Source of the DNA: Bacteroidales bacterium
GTDB lineage: Bacteria > Bacteroidota > Bacteroidia > Bacteroidales > UBA12077
Length of the DNA stretch: 64,000 nucleotides
Reading direction: 5' to 3'
NCBI GenBank assembly: GCA_028282585.1
Contig: JANQHR010000097.1
Location: 1-64,000, forward strand
The notes under the pieces are model-generated. The model saw only the letters and a program-made list of their open reading frames with translations. It ran no database searches and was not told the DNA's origin. The position numbers and the translations under genes are program-made. This document shows, in pieces, positions 52,283 through 62,429 of the stretch (the stretch's first letter is position 1; every line of letters starts with the position of its first letter).

Positions 52283-52360
52283 AGTAAGATTTTTAACCAC
52301 TAAATTTAATCATTTTTATTGATTGAAAATTACCTGAAAATGAATCAATCTATTTTTAAC

Positions 52361-52389
52361 AAAAAAAGCTGCCCCTAAGAGCAGCCTTT
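52361..52389 (-). terminator. Intrinsic terminator after the sigma factor gene
   Basis: Minus strand AAAGGCTGC-tcttaggg-GCAGCTTT followed by a T tract. Confidence 0.7.
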
Positions 52390-52408
52390 GTAAGCTAAAT
52401 ATAAATTA

Positions 52409-53269
52409 TTAACCCAAATACTTCTTTAAAAGTTTATTTTTAGAGGAATGTCTTAGTCGTCTGATTGCTTTTTCTTTAATCTGACGCACTCTTTCTCTAG
52501 TTAATCCTAATTCATACCCTATTTCTTCCAAAGATAAATCTTTACCACCTATACCATAATAATATTTCAGCACCATTCTTTCCTTCTCAGGAAGAATACT
52601 TAAAGTTCTTTCAACCTCTTTTGCCAAAGATTCTTCTAATAAGCTATTATCTGCGTTTGGAGAGTCAGTATTTTCCATTACATCCAATAAACTACCCTCT
52701 TCACCGTCAGCAAACGGAGCATCTACTGATAATGGTTTTCCTGATAATTGCAAAGTATCTTCAACTTTATCTTTTGGTAGATCAACAAACTCTGCCAACT
52801 CATCTGCGGTAGGAGTACGATCGAACTGCTGCTCCAAAGTTGAATATGCTTTATGTATTTTATTTAAAGAACCAACTTTGTTCAATGGTAAACGAACAAC
52901 TCTCGATTGTTCGGCAATAGCTTGTAAAATTGATTGACGAATCCACCATACAGCATATGAAATAAATTTGAAACCTTTCGTTTCATCAAATCTTTCAGCA
53001 GCCTTAATTAATCCTAAGTTACCCTCGTTAATTAAATCAGGAAGGCTCAAACCTTGAAATTGGTACTGTTTTGCTACTGAAATAACAAAACGCAAGTTAG
53101 CTTTGGTTAATCTTTCTAAAGCCGCCCTGTCACCTTTTTTAATTCTTTGAGCTAATTCTACCTCTTCTTCGGCAGATACCATCTCCTCTTTTCCAACATC
53201 TTGCAGATATTTCTCTAGAGAAGAACTATCACGATTTGTAATAGATTTTGTAATTTTTAACTGTCTCAT
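52409..53269 (-). CDS. Bacteroidota-type RpoD/SigA family sigma70 factor (no region 1.1)
   Basis: [46 protein letters not shown]. Confidence 0.92.
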   Translation of the reverse strand: MRQLKITKSITNRDSSSLEKYLQDVGKEEMVSAEEEVELAQRIKKGDRAALERLTKANLRFVISVAKQYQFQGLSLPDLINEGNLGLIKAAERFDETKGFKFISYAVWWIRQSILQAIAEQSRVVRLPLNKVGSLNKIHKAYSTLEQQFDRTPTADELAEFVDLPKDKVEDTLQLSGKPLSVDAPFADGEEGSLLDVMENTDSPNADNSLLEESLAKEVERTLSILPEKERMVLKYYYGIGGKDLSLEEIGYELGLTRERVRQIKEKAIRRLRHSSKNKLLKKYLG

Positions 53270-53524
53270 TTCAGCCTCTCCTTTTCTATATTTTTATGCG
53301 ATAAATATTGGGGACATTATTTTCATAATATCATAACAAGGAATTATATAAACTTATGGTAATTCAATACTTGCCTAACCCAAAACAAACAACTAACTAT
53401 ACGAAAAATTATGCAAAGAAACAATTTATTTTATAGAATAAAAAATTAAAATTGCATTTAATTGCTCTTGTGTAACGAAATTTCAGCATAAAATGTTTTA
53501 TATTTCATTATGTTTTTTGCACTA

Positions 53525-54676
53525 TTAGTAAAAATTAACAATTTTCTGATAGATATTATGAAATACTTTCACACCAGTTTCAATTATGTCATCGGGAAAA
53601 TCATAATCGGGGTTATGCAATTGAGGTTGCTTTTCTCCTGCTCCTAACCCAAATATTGCGCCTTTAAATCTTTCAGTAAAATGTGCAAAATCTTCAGACC
53701 AGCGCAAAGGTGTTGCTTTGTAATGATAACTCAATTTAGCAGTAATAACAGCACTTTCAATAATTTTAACCATTTCGTTATTATTAACTATAGCCGGAAA
53801 TTCTTCAACGTATGAAATGTCTAGCTTTAATTTATGTTTTTTGGCAATTTTATTCGCTAAAAATTCAGACTGCTTTGTCAATCTTTCCATATCATCGTTA
53901 GAGAAAGTACGTAATGTAGCCATAACCACTGCGTTTCCTGGTGTAGTTCCAAAAGCTATCTCACCCAATTGTGCATGAATTATGGTAAGTAATGTAAAAT
54001 CGGAAAAGTAACCTTCTTTCTTAGGCAAATCATTTAATTGCTTAATAATATCAGTCATTGCAATTACCGGACTATTTCCATTTTCAGGTTCTGCTGCATG
54101 CGATGTTTTTCCGGTTAATTTAATGATCATTCCCTTTGAAGCTGCTGCAAAAGTTCCATCTCTTAAAATGATCTCTCCTTTAGGAAATCCGGGAAGATTA
54201 TGCAATGCAAAAGCATAATCGACTTTTATTTTTTTAAACTTCTTATCATTAACCACTCTAAAAGCTCCCTGCCCGTTTTCTTCTGCAGGTTGAAAAAGTA
54301 ATACAACCTGCCCTTTTTCAGGAGTTTTTTTTGAAAATAAATCAGCTAAGCCAGCTACTATTGCCATATGACCATCGTGTCCGCACTTATGAGAAACGCC
54401 TTTCTTTAATGATTTATAATCCAAATCATTGATCTCTTCAATTGGAAGAGCATCCAGGTCACATCGAAAAAGTATTGATGGACCTTGTTTCTGTCCTTTG
54501 AAAATACACGCTAATCCGTTTCCACCAATCCCTCTAATTATTTCCGTATCTTTATATTGAGATAAAAAAGTTGCTATACGTTCAGAAGTTAGAATCTCAT
54601 TATCTGACAGTTCCGGATATTTATGCAATGTATGTCGAAGTTCGATAATCTTATCTAAATCAAATAATTTATCCAT
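53525..54676 (-). CDS. M20D amidohydrolase
   Basis: RHTLHKYPELS, RCDLDALP, HKCGHDGH, FQPAEE, SEDF, LHNPDYDF. Confidence 0.9.
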   Translation of the reverse strand: MDKLFDLDKIIELRHTLHKYPELSDNEILTSERIATFLSQYKDTEIIRGIGGNGLACIFKGQKQGPSILFRCDLDALPIEEINDLDYKSLKKGVSHKCGHDGHMAIVAGLADLFSKKTPEKGQVVLLFQPAEENGQGAFRVVNDKKFKKIKVDYAFALHNLPGFPKGEIILRDGTFAAASKGMIIKLTGKTSHAAEPENGNSPVIAMTDIIKQLNDLPKKEGYFSDFTLLTIIHAQLGEIAFGTTPGNAVVMATLRTFSNDDMERLTKQSEFLANKIAKKHKLKLDISYVEEFPAIVNNNEMVKIIESAVITAKLSYHYKATPLRWSEDFAHFTERFKGAIFGLGAGEKQPQLHNPDYDFPDDIIETGVKVFHNIYQKIVNFY

Positions 54677-54784
54677 TTGAAAACTAATTATGGTTTACAA
54701 AACTAACATATAAAAATAGATTTAAGTATAATATATCATAATAAATTGTTATAACTTGCGCCCGAATTTTAGGAAATAAATGAA

Positions 54785-55708
54785 ATGAAAAAAGGAAACT
54801 TAATTGCATACATTTCAGTAATTTTAGCCATGTTGTTTTGGAGTTATACTTTTATATGGTATAAAAAAGTATACGATTTCTATAACCCAATAACGGTAGT
54901 TTTCTTTAGGTTAATTATTTCTTCCATATTTCTGTTTTTGTTAATGTATCCTTTAAAAAGGCTACAAAAAATAAAGAAAGGGGATCTAAAATATTTTATT
55001 CTTGTTTCTATATTTAATCCTTTTTTATATTTTATTGGAGAGAGTTACGGAATCAAATATGTATCGTCAACTTTAGCTGCAGTAATTATCGCCACAATTC
55101 CTTTATTCACTTCATTCACCTCATCCTATTTTTTTAAAGAAAAAATAACCAAAATGAATTCGATAGGAATTTTGGTATCTATAATTGGCGTAGGATTGGT
55201 AATTTTTAATAAACAGGAAGCAGCTGAAGCTTCTTTTTTTGGTTTGGGAATGTTATGGTTTGCCGTGGCTGCTGCAATAGGTTATACTTTAGTTCTTAAA
55301 AAACTTGCTTCAAGATATAATCCAACTAGTATTGTAACTTATCATAACTTTATTGGAATATTTCTTTTTGCTCCTTTATTTTTTATTATTGATTTCCCTG
55401 AGTTTAAACAAACCGGGTTTTCATCAGAAGCATGGATTCCATTGCTTGAGCTAGCGATCTTCGGATCTTCTTTTGCCTTTATTTTCTTTACCTTTTCTAT
55501 TCAAAGAATTGGAGTTGGAAAAGCAAATGCCTTTACCAACTTAATTCCTGTAATTACAGCAATTATTGCATATTTTGTTTTAGACGAAATACTTAGCATC
55601 AATAAAATTACAGGTATCTCATTGGTTATTGGGGGATTGTTCCTATCGCAAATAAAAACAAATAATTTTAGGCATAAACTAAGATCTTATATAAAACCAA
55701 GCGAATAA
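54785..55708 (+). CDS. DMT/EamA family transporter
   Basis: Ten TM helices in two EamA-like halves (FFKEKIT, VLDEILS). Confidence 0.88.
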   Translation: MKKGNLIAYISVILAMLFWSYTFIWYKKVYDFYNPITVVFFRLIISSIFLFLLMYPLKRLQKIKKGDLKYFILVSIFNPFLYFIGESYGIKYVSSTLAAVIIATIPLFTSFTSSYFFKEKITKMNSIGILVSIIGVGLVIFNKQEAAEASFFGLGMLWFAVAAAIGYTLVLKKLASRYNPTSIVTYHNFIGIFLFAPLFFIIDFPEFKQTGFSSEAWIPLLELAIFGSSFAFIFFTFSIQRIGVGKANAFTNLIPVITAIIAYFVLDEILSINKITGISLVIGGLFLSQIKTNNFRHKLRSYIKPSE

Positions 55709-56217
55709 TGGGTGTTTTAGATAAAATACTATTGTTAGAATTAAAGAACAGGGCGCTTGATTTAAAACCAGAGACAAAAGCATTTTTCAATAAAATTCGT
55801 AAAAAAAAGCCTAAAAACCTGGATAAGGTCATGCAAGAGCTTAACGATGAAGTTTTTGATGAACTTAATTGTCTTGACTGTGCCAACTGCTGTAAATCTA
55901 TTAGTCCAACTTTGTACGATAGAGATGTAGAACGATTGGCAAAACATTTCAAAATGAAACCTTCTCAGTTTGCAGATGAATACTTATACATGGATAATGA
56001 TGGAGATTACGTTTTTCTGAAAACACCCTGTCCATTTCTAATGCCCGATAATTATTGCACAGCATATGAAGATCGCCCAAAAGCGTGTAGAGAATATCCA
56101 CATCTTAATCGAAAAAGATTTTATCAAATCCTAAATCTAACCTTGAAAAATATGCAGGTTTGCCCAGCTGTTTATGATGCTGTTGAAAAACTAAAGGAAA
56201 GAAAAGAAATTATTTAA
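55708..56217 (+). CDS. YkgJ family Cys-cluster (Zn/Fe-chelating) protein
   Basis: CLDCANCC..PCPFL..C..YEDRPKACREYP..CP. Confidence 0.88.
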   Translation: MGVLDKILLLELKNRALDLKPETKAFFNKIRKKKPKNLDKVMQELNDEVFDELNCLDCANCCKSISPTLYDRDVERLAKHFKMKPSQFADEYLYMDNDGDYVFLKTPCPFLMPDNYCTAYEDRPKACREYPHLNRKRFYQILNLTLKNMQVCPAVYDAVEKLKERKEII

Positions 56218-56452
56218 AATAAGTTTAAAACTTTTTTTGGATGGCAAAGAAAAGTTTTAAAATCACCCTCCAGTCTTCACCACTTACCTCAAGGGAGGGC
56301 AAAGTTTGGTTTATTCTCACCTACGAGGCCGGCTAGGCATGGATACCCAAAGAGTAGAGGATAAATACTTCTTAACTAATGAAAACTATCATCGTCGATT
56401 TTGGTTCTTTCTTCAATAAAAGAACAAATAAAACCTTCAAAAAAGATAGAAC

Positions 56453-57331
56453 TTAGTTAACAAAAACATTCAATCCGTTCTCAATAATCTTTACATTTAG
56501 TATTTTACCCATTTCACCTGGTTCCCCATCATAGTGAATCACATCAGGAGATTTTCTCTTAACGATAATATTTTTGCAACTATACGTTTCCAAATAAACA
56601 CTTTTATCAATGTTTTTAAGGAATAATCTCGCACCAATTCCTGGAGCTGTTATCAAAGGGAATGAACGCATAATAGCAACTTCTAATTTACCATCCTGAA
56701 TATCAGCTTTTGGTGCTATATGAGCATTATTGCCATATTGGGAAGCATTTGCAAAGGTTATTAGAAAAGCATCACGCATAATTGTTGTTCCATTCATAGA
56801 TATTTCATATCTCTTAGGTTTGTATCTTCTAAACTCAGATACAGTAGCCTTTATATAATTTGTAAATCCACGACCTTCCATTTTATCAAAAAGGTGTCCT
56901 ATATGAGCGTCAAAACCAACTCCTGTAGTACAAAAGAATTTTTGATCATTGATTTTTCCATAGTCAATTTTTCTTTTATTCCCTGCCTTTATAAGATCAA
57001 GCGCTTTCTCGGGTTTTAAAGGGATCTTCAAATGTCTGGCCAATCCATTTCCTGATCCAAATGGAACAATACCAAGTATAGCATTACTATCAGCAATTGC
57101 TGAGGCTACCTCATTAACTGTTCCATCTCCTCCAACCGCAACAACTTTTTTATATTCTTTCTTTGAATACTTTTTTACGATCTGAGTTGCTTCGCCAGCA
57201 AAACGGGTAAATATAATTTTTGTTTTATATTGATCTTCCTTGAATTTTTCTTCAATAAGCTCTATGATAAATTCTTTTGGTTTATTTCCCGAAATTGGAT
57301 TTATAACAAATAATAGTTTTTCTTTCATCAC
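56453..57331 (-). CDS. Diacylglycerol kinase family (YegS/DagK-like) lipid kinase
   Basis: INPISG, VGGDGTVNE, PFGSGNGLAR, GVGFDA, DGE. Confidence 0.9.
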   Translation of the reverse strand: MMKEKLLFVINPISGNKPKEFIIELIEEKFKEDQYKTKIIFTRFAGEATQIVKKYSKKEYKKVVAVGGDGTVNEVASAIADSNAILGIVPFGSGNGLARHLKIPLKPEKALDLIKAGNKRKIDYGKINDQKFFCTTGVGFDAHIGHLFDKMEGRGFTNYIKATVSEFRRYKPKRYEISMNGTTIMRDAFLITFANASQYGNNAHIAPKADIQDGKLEVAIMRSFPLITAPGIGARLFLKNIDKSVYLETYSCKNIIVKRKSPDVIHYDGEPGEMGKILNVKIIENGLNVFVN

Positions 57332-57433
57332 ACTTCGTCAAAGTTCTTCTATTGGCTCCAAAAATATATTAGAACCATTTTATAAAAAAGAAAAACGTAA
57401 ACTTAATTTAAACTAATATCCTATAGTATACTG

Positions 57434-57450
57434 TTAACAATACCTTAACA
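57434..57450 (+). promoter_or_regulatory. Tandem TTAACA direct repeat with 11-bp period (Pho-box/OmpR-like site)
   Basis: TTAACA-ATACC-TTAACA in the divergent intergenic region. Confidence 0.45.
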
Positions 57451-57532
57451 GTAAATATAAAATTTTCAATTTCTTAATCGTGTAATAACAATCCCTTAAA
57501 TTGACCGTCATTACTTCGAAACAAAAAGCAAA

Positions 57533-58360
57533 ATGATTAAACCGAACCATTTTAAAACCATAGTAATATCGGATGTTCATTTGGGAACTAAAGCATCAAA
57601 AGCAAAAGAATTAGTAAGGTTCCTAAAAAGTAATACATGCGACAAACTTATCTTAAATGGCGACATTGTGGATGGCTGGAGGCTTAAAAAGAATGGTAAA
57701 TGGAAGAAAAAACACACTCGTTTTTTTAAGGTCTTAATAAAAATGATAGATAAATTTAATACTGAAGTAATATATATTCGCGGAAACCACGATGATTTCC
57801 TGGATAATATGATGCCTCTTACAATCGGCAACCTATCTATCCAAAAAGACTATCTTCATAAAAGTAACGGTAAAAGTTTCTATGTGCTTCACGGTGACAT
57901 ATTTGATACAATTACAACTAATCTTAAATGGTTGGCAAAACTGGGCGATGTTGGATATACATTTTTACTTTGGTTAAATAAAGTTTATAATAATCGTAGG
58001 TTGAAACGCGGGCTTCCATATTACTCTTTATCTCAAGACATTAAACAACGAGTTAAAACTGCTGTTTCATATATATCAAGTTTTGAACAAGAACTAGTAA
58101 AGCTTGCTAAATCAAGAAATTGTGATGGTGTTATCTGTGGACATATTCACCATCCTGATATACATGATTATGATGGAATTACATATTTGAATTCCGGTGA
58201 CTGGGTAGAATCATTAAGCGCGCTTGTTGAGCATTATGATGGAAAATGGGAGATTCTATATTATAATGAATTGGTAAAAGAAGAAATACCTCCTAAAAAA
58301 GAAAAAGTTAAAAAACCCGAGTTTGTTTTGCCGAACATAATAAAAACCAAAATAGCTTAA
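57533..58360 (+). CDS. Metallophosphoesterase, PlcP/LpxH-like
   Basis: SDVHLG, NGDIVDGW, GNHDD, HGD, CGHIH, NSGDWVE. Confidence 0.85.
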   Translation: MIKPNHFKTIVISDVHLGTKASKAKELVRFLKSNTCDKLILNGDIVDGWRLKKNGKWKKKHTRFFKVLIKMIDKFNTEVIYIRGNHDDFLDNMMPLTIGNLSIQKDYLHKSNGKSFYVLHGDIFDTITTNLKWLAKLGDVGYTFLLWLNKVYNNRRLKRGLPYYSLSQDIKQRVKTAVSYISSFEQELVKLAKSRNCDGVICGHIHHPDIHDYDGITYLNSGDWVESLSALVEHYDGKWEILYYNELVKEEIPPKKEKVKKPEFVLPNIIKTKIA

Positions 58361-58367
58361 ATACCTG

Positions 58368-59447
58368 ATGAAATATCTTTTTATAGTCCAGGGCGAAGGT
58401 CGTGGGCACATGACTCAAGCAATTAGCCTGCGAAATATGCTTGCTCAAAACGGGCATGAAGTTAGCTCTGTTATCATTGGGAAAAGTTCAAGACGCGAGA
58501 TCCCTTCCTTTTTCTTTGAGAAAATTCAAACAAAGGTTCATCCCGTTAATAGTCCAAATTTCGTTGTTGGTAAGAAAAACAAAAGAATAAAGATTACTAA
58601 ATCAATAATTATAAATCTATTACATTTTAGAAGATATCTAAAGAGTTTAGGTCAAATAAAATCGATTGTAAAAAATGAAAATCCGGATGTAATAATAAAC
58701 TTTTATGATCTTTTAGGAGGGCTTTTTTACCTTTTTAATAATCCAAAAATCCCATATTATTGTATTGGGCATCAGTATTTATTAAACCATTCAGAATTTC
58801 CTTTTCCCGAAGGTCATAAATTAGACCGTTTTCTTTTAAAAATTAACACGTTAATAACCTCATTCAGAGCTAATAAATTTCTTGCACTTTCGTTTCGTCT
58901 AATGGAAGACCAACCAAAAAAGAAAATTTATGTTGTTCCACCTTTACTTCGTGATAATGTTTTAGAATTAGAACCAAAAAACGAAGGGTTTATCCATGGT
59001 TATATGTTAAATCAAGGCTATGCAAAAGATATTATGGACTGGCATAAATTGCATGTTGATACCAAGGTATATTTCTTTTGGGATAAAAAAGAAGCCGAAG
59101 AAGAAACGGTAGTTCATAAAAATCTGGTTTTTCACAAAATAAACGATGTAAAGTTCTTGGATTATATGAGCCGTTGCGAAGCTTATGCAAGTACCGCAGG
59201 TTTTGAATCAATTTGCGAAGCCATGTATTTAGGTAAGCCAATTATGATGGTTCCAACGGCAGGCCATTTTGAGCAAAAATGTAATGCAATAGATGCCAAC
59301 TTAAGCGGAGCCGGAATTTGGAGTGAAGAATTCGACTTAACCAAACTTCTTAATTATATTCCGAATCATAATACCGATAATTCTGCTTTTAAAAGATGGG
59401 TTGACAGCGCAGAACAAAAATTTCTTGCGTATTTAAATCAAGAATAA
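58368..59447 (+). CDS. Glycosyltransferase, MJ1255/VC2487-like (GT-B fold)
   Basis: VQGEGRGH, IGHQY, STAGFESICEAMYLGKP..HFEQ..NA. Confidence 0.85.
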   Translation: MKYLFIVQGEGRGHMTQAISLRNMLAQNGHEVSSVIIGKSSRREIPSFFFEKIQTKVHPVNSPNFVVGKKNKRIKITKSIIINLLHFRRYLKSLGQIKSIVKNENPDVIINFYDLLGGLFYLFNNPKIPYYCIGHQYLLNHSEFPFPEGHKLDRFLLKINTLITSFRANKFLALSFRLMEDQPKKKIYVVPPLLRDNVLELEPKNEGFIHGYMLNQGYAKDIMDWHKLHVDTKVYFFWDKKEAEEETVVHKNLVFHKINDVKFLDYMSRCEAYASTAGFESICEAMYLGKPIMMVPTAGHFEQKCNAIDANLSGAGIWSEEFDLTKLLNYIPNHNTDNSAFKRWVDSAEQKFLAYLNQE

Positions 59448-59526
59448 TAAGAATACAGATTGTTCGTTTAAAACTTAATGTGATCTAATTTTCCGGATAA
59501 TATTGTAATTTCATTATTTTTACTCA

Positions 59527-60570
59527 ATGAAGAAAATTCATGCTGTAATTATTGTAATATTACTTGCAACTCAGTTATATGGGCAAATTGGTGGCACTCA
59601 CACCTATGATTTCTTGAATTTGATCAATTCTGCAAGAGTAGCATCATTTGGAGGTGATGTAATTGCCATTAATGATAATGATTATAGCTTAACATATCAT
59701 AATCCTGCTTTATTAAATCCAAATATGAATCAGGAATTGGCACTAAATTATGTCAATTATTTTACTGATGTGAATTATGGTTATGCCTCCTATGCATCGA
59801 ATATTAGTAACTATGGTATTTTTTCGGGAGGAATTCATTATATAAATTATGGGAAGTTCATTGCCGCTGATGAAAAAGGCATTATAACCGGTGAATTTAA
59901 GGCTGCAGAGTATGCTATAAACCTAATCTATTCAAGAGCCATAGATAGCACGTTCCGGCTTGGGGTAAATGTTAAACCAATAATTTCAACACTTGAAAAA
60001 TATACATCTTATGGCATTGCAGCTGATTTTGGAGTAGTTTATAATAAACCTGGTAGTTTATTTACTGCTGCTTTGGTTATAAAAAATGTAGGAACCCAAC
60101 TAAAAGCTTATACCGACACCAGGGAAACTTTACCATTTAATATCCAGTTAGGGATATCTCAAAAATTGAAACACGCTCCATTTTTATTTACAGTCACCTT
60201 TGATCACTTAGAAACCTGGGATTTAACGTATGATGAACCACAAAGTGAAGATGTAATCTTAGATCCGGCGGCAAGCGAAGAATCCGAATCTAAAATTGAT
60301 AAACTAGCTGATCAGTTTATGCGACACATTATTCTTGGAGTTGAATTCAATCCAATCAATAATTTTTATGTTCGCGCTGGATACAACTACAGAAGAAGGC
60401 AAGAAATGTTAATTGAATCAAAAACATCTACTATTGGTTTCTCATGGGGATTTGGAGTTAAAATATCTAAATTCCATATAAATTATGGCAGAGCTACTTA
60501 CCATTTAGCCGGAGCTTCCGATCATTTTTCCATTTCAACTAATCTTAATAGTTTTAAGAAAAATTTATAA
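59527..60570 (+). CDS. porQ: Type IX secretion PorQ-like outer-membrane protein
   Basis: Signal peptide, YDFLNL..SAR..GG, NPALL, GYNYRRRQEM; located upstream of cmk. Confidence 0.75.
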   Translation: MKKIHAVIIVILLATQLYGQIGGTHTYDFLNLINSARVASFGGDVIAINDNDYSLTYHNPALLNPNMNQELALNYVNYFTDVNYGYASYASNISNYGIFSGGIHYINYGKFIAADEKGIITGEFKAAEYAINLIYSRAIDSTFRLGVNVKPIISTLEKYTSYGIAADFGVVYNKPGSLFTAALVIKNVGTQLKAYTDTRETLPFNIQLGISQKLKHAPFLFTVTFDHLETWDLTYDEPQSEDVILDPAASEESESKIDKLADQFMRHIILGVEFNPINNFYVRAGYNYRRRQEMLIESKTSTIGFSWGFGVKISKFHINYGRATYHLAGASDHFSISTNLNSFKKNL

Positions 60571-60619
60571 CCGATTATTATTTGATATAGATTGATTTCC
60601 CTTACATTAATTAATAACC

Positions 60620-60735
60620 AATCCAAAAAATAAGATTATTGGAAAATTGGATTATTGAAAACTATTACATTAACTGCATCATTCCATAAATCCAACTATC
60701 CAGCTAATTATTATTTATTAATTCTTTTTTGGATT
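60620..60735. repeat. Inverted repeat enclosing mirrored 8-nt repeat arrays
   Basis: 11-bp IR AATCCAAAAAA (60620) / TTTTTTGGATT (60725). Inside: ATTGGAAA ATTGGATT ATTGAAAA versus ATTCCATA AATCCAAC TATCCAGC. Confidence 0.55.
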
Positions 60736-60810
60736 AATGGAATCTCCTTACTTGAAAACTTGTCAATTGTTGTTTTTGGATTTAACTTTGATGTTCAAAT
60801 TTAAACGTGA

Positions 60811-61515
60811 ATGATCCAGACCAAAAAAAAAATTATTATCGCTATTGATGGTTACTCATCATCGGGGAAAAGTACACTTGCCAAAGAAATTGCCAAAACT
60901 CTTGACTATAAATACATTGACAGCGGAGCAATGTATCGCGCAGTTACGTTATTTGCGATTCGAAATAACATTATTGATCCGAAAAATCATCAAATTGATG
61001 AAGAAAAACTTCGCAATTTGATCAATCAAGTTCAGGTAAATTTTAAATACAATTCTGATAAAGACAAGCAGGAAACTTATTTAAACGAAGAAAATGTTGA
61101 AGAAGAAATTCGAGAAATGGAAGTTTCTGATAATGTTAGTTTTATAAGCAAATATGGATTTGTAAGAGAGAAGATGGTTAAATTCCAGCAAGAAATAGGA
61201 AAAGAAAAAGGCATTGTTATGGACGGTCGTGACATTGGAACTATTGTATTTCCAAATGCCGAACTGAAAATCTTTATGAATGCAAATGCTAAAGTAAGAG
61301 CAGAAAGAAGATACCTGGAACTAAAAGAAAAAAATGTTGATGTAAGTTTTGATGAGATTCTGGAAAATGTAAGGAAAAGAGATCATATTGATGAAACCCG
61401 CGAAGAAAGTCCACTAAAAAAAGCATCGGATTCAATTGAGTTAGATAATAGCAATATGAATCGTCAAGAACAATTAGACTGGATTGTTCGTTTAGTAAAA
61501 GAACGGATTGGCTAA
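60811..61515 (+). CDS. cmk: Cytidylate kinase
   Basis: AIDGYSSSGKST, DSGAMYRA, MDGRDIGT; TAACTTTG promoter box at 60783-60790. Confidence 0.96.
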   Translation: MIQTKKKIIIAIDGYSSSGKSTLAKEIAKTLDYKYIDSGAMYRAVTLFAIRNNIIDPKNHQIDEEKLRNLINQVQVNFKYNSDKDKQETYLNEENVEEEIREMEVSDNVSFISKYGFVREKMVKFQQEIGKEKGIVMDGRDIGTIVFPNAELKIFMNANAKVRAERRYLELKEKNVDVSFDEILENVRKRDHIDETREESPLKKASDSIELDNSNMNRQEQLDWIVRLVKERIG

Positions 61516-61518
61516 GTT

Positions 61519-62397
61519 ATGAAAATTGATATTGATAGTAATTCAGGTTTTTGTTTTGGCGTGGTAAACGCTATACAATTGGCTGAAATGGAGTTGGAAA
61601 GAAACGATACCCTTTATTGCCTTGGAGATATTGTACATAATAGTGCTGAAGTTGAAAGACTTAAACAAAAAGGATTAGTTACTATCGATCATCAGCAGTT
61701 TAAAACTTTAAAAAATTGCAAAGTTTTGTTACGTGCTCATGGTGAACCTCCGGAAACTTACCAAACGGCAATCAAAAATAATATTCAACTTATTGATGCA
61801 TCATGTCCTGTGGTTTTGAAACTTCAAAATAATATTAAACTTGGATTTGATGAGATATTAAGTAAAGGTGGGCAAGTTGTAATTTATGGAAAAGAAGGCC
61901 ATGCCGAAGTTAATGGATTAGTGGGACAAACAAATGGTAAGGCAATAGTTATTGGTGGAATGGAAGACTTATATAAAATTGATTTTTCAAAGCCAATTAA
62001 TCTTTTCTCTCAAACTACAAAAAGTATCGCTGGTTTTTATGAAATACAAAAAGAAATAAAAACAAAAATGATTTCAGCTCAGGGAACAGAAGATGTTGAA
62101 TTTATTTCGAACGATACTATTTGCAGACAAGTATCTCATAGAGAACCACAGTTACGCGAATTCGTAAAAAAACACAATGTCGTAGTTTTTGTAAGTGGAA
62201 AAAAAAGCTCAAATGGCAGAATGCTTTTCGAAGTTTGTAAAGATGAAAATCCAAATACATATTTCGTGTCCGATGCAGATGAACTTCAGAAAAAGTGGTT
62301 TGTAAATACCAAAACTGTTGGTGTTTGTGGAGCGACCTCAACTCCACGATGGTTAATGGAAAAAGTTGCTAAAAACATTGAAAACCTTTCAAATTAA
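61519..62397 (+). CDS. ispH: 4-hydroxy-3-methylbut-2-enyl diphosphate reductase
   Basis: GFCFGV, IVHN, RAHG, DASCP, HAEV, QTT, DTIC, SSN, ATSTP. Confidence 0.96.
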   Translation: MKIDIDSNSGFCFGVVNAIQLAEMELERNDTLYCLGDIVHNSAEVERLKQKGLVTIDHQQFKTLKNCKVLLRAHGEPPETYQTAIKNNIQLIDASCPVVLKLQNNIKLGFDEILSKGGQVVIYGKEGHAEVNGLVGQTNGKAIVIGGMEDLYKIDFSKPINLFSQTTKSIAGFYEIQKEIKTKMISAQGTEDVEFISNDTICRQVSHREPQLREFVKKHNVVVFVSGKKSSNGRMLFEVCKDENPNTYFVSDADELQKKWFVNTKTVGVCGATSTPRWLMEKVAKNIENLSN

Positions 62398-62429
62398 ATT
62401 AGATTTGCTGGGGAGTAAACAAACTTTTA

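Noticed and set aside
61519-62397. ispH as part of the terpene system
   Set aside because: It sits in an ordinary cmk-ispH housekeeping context more than 50 kb away. It only indicates MEP-pathway precursor supply.
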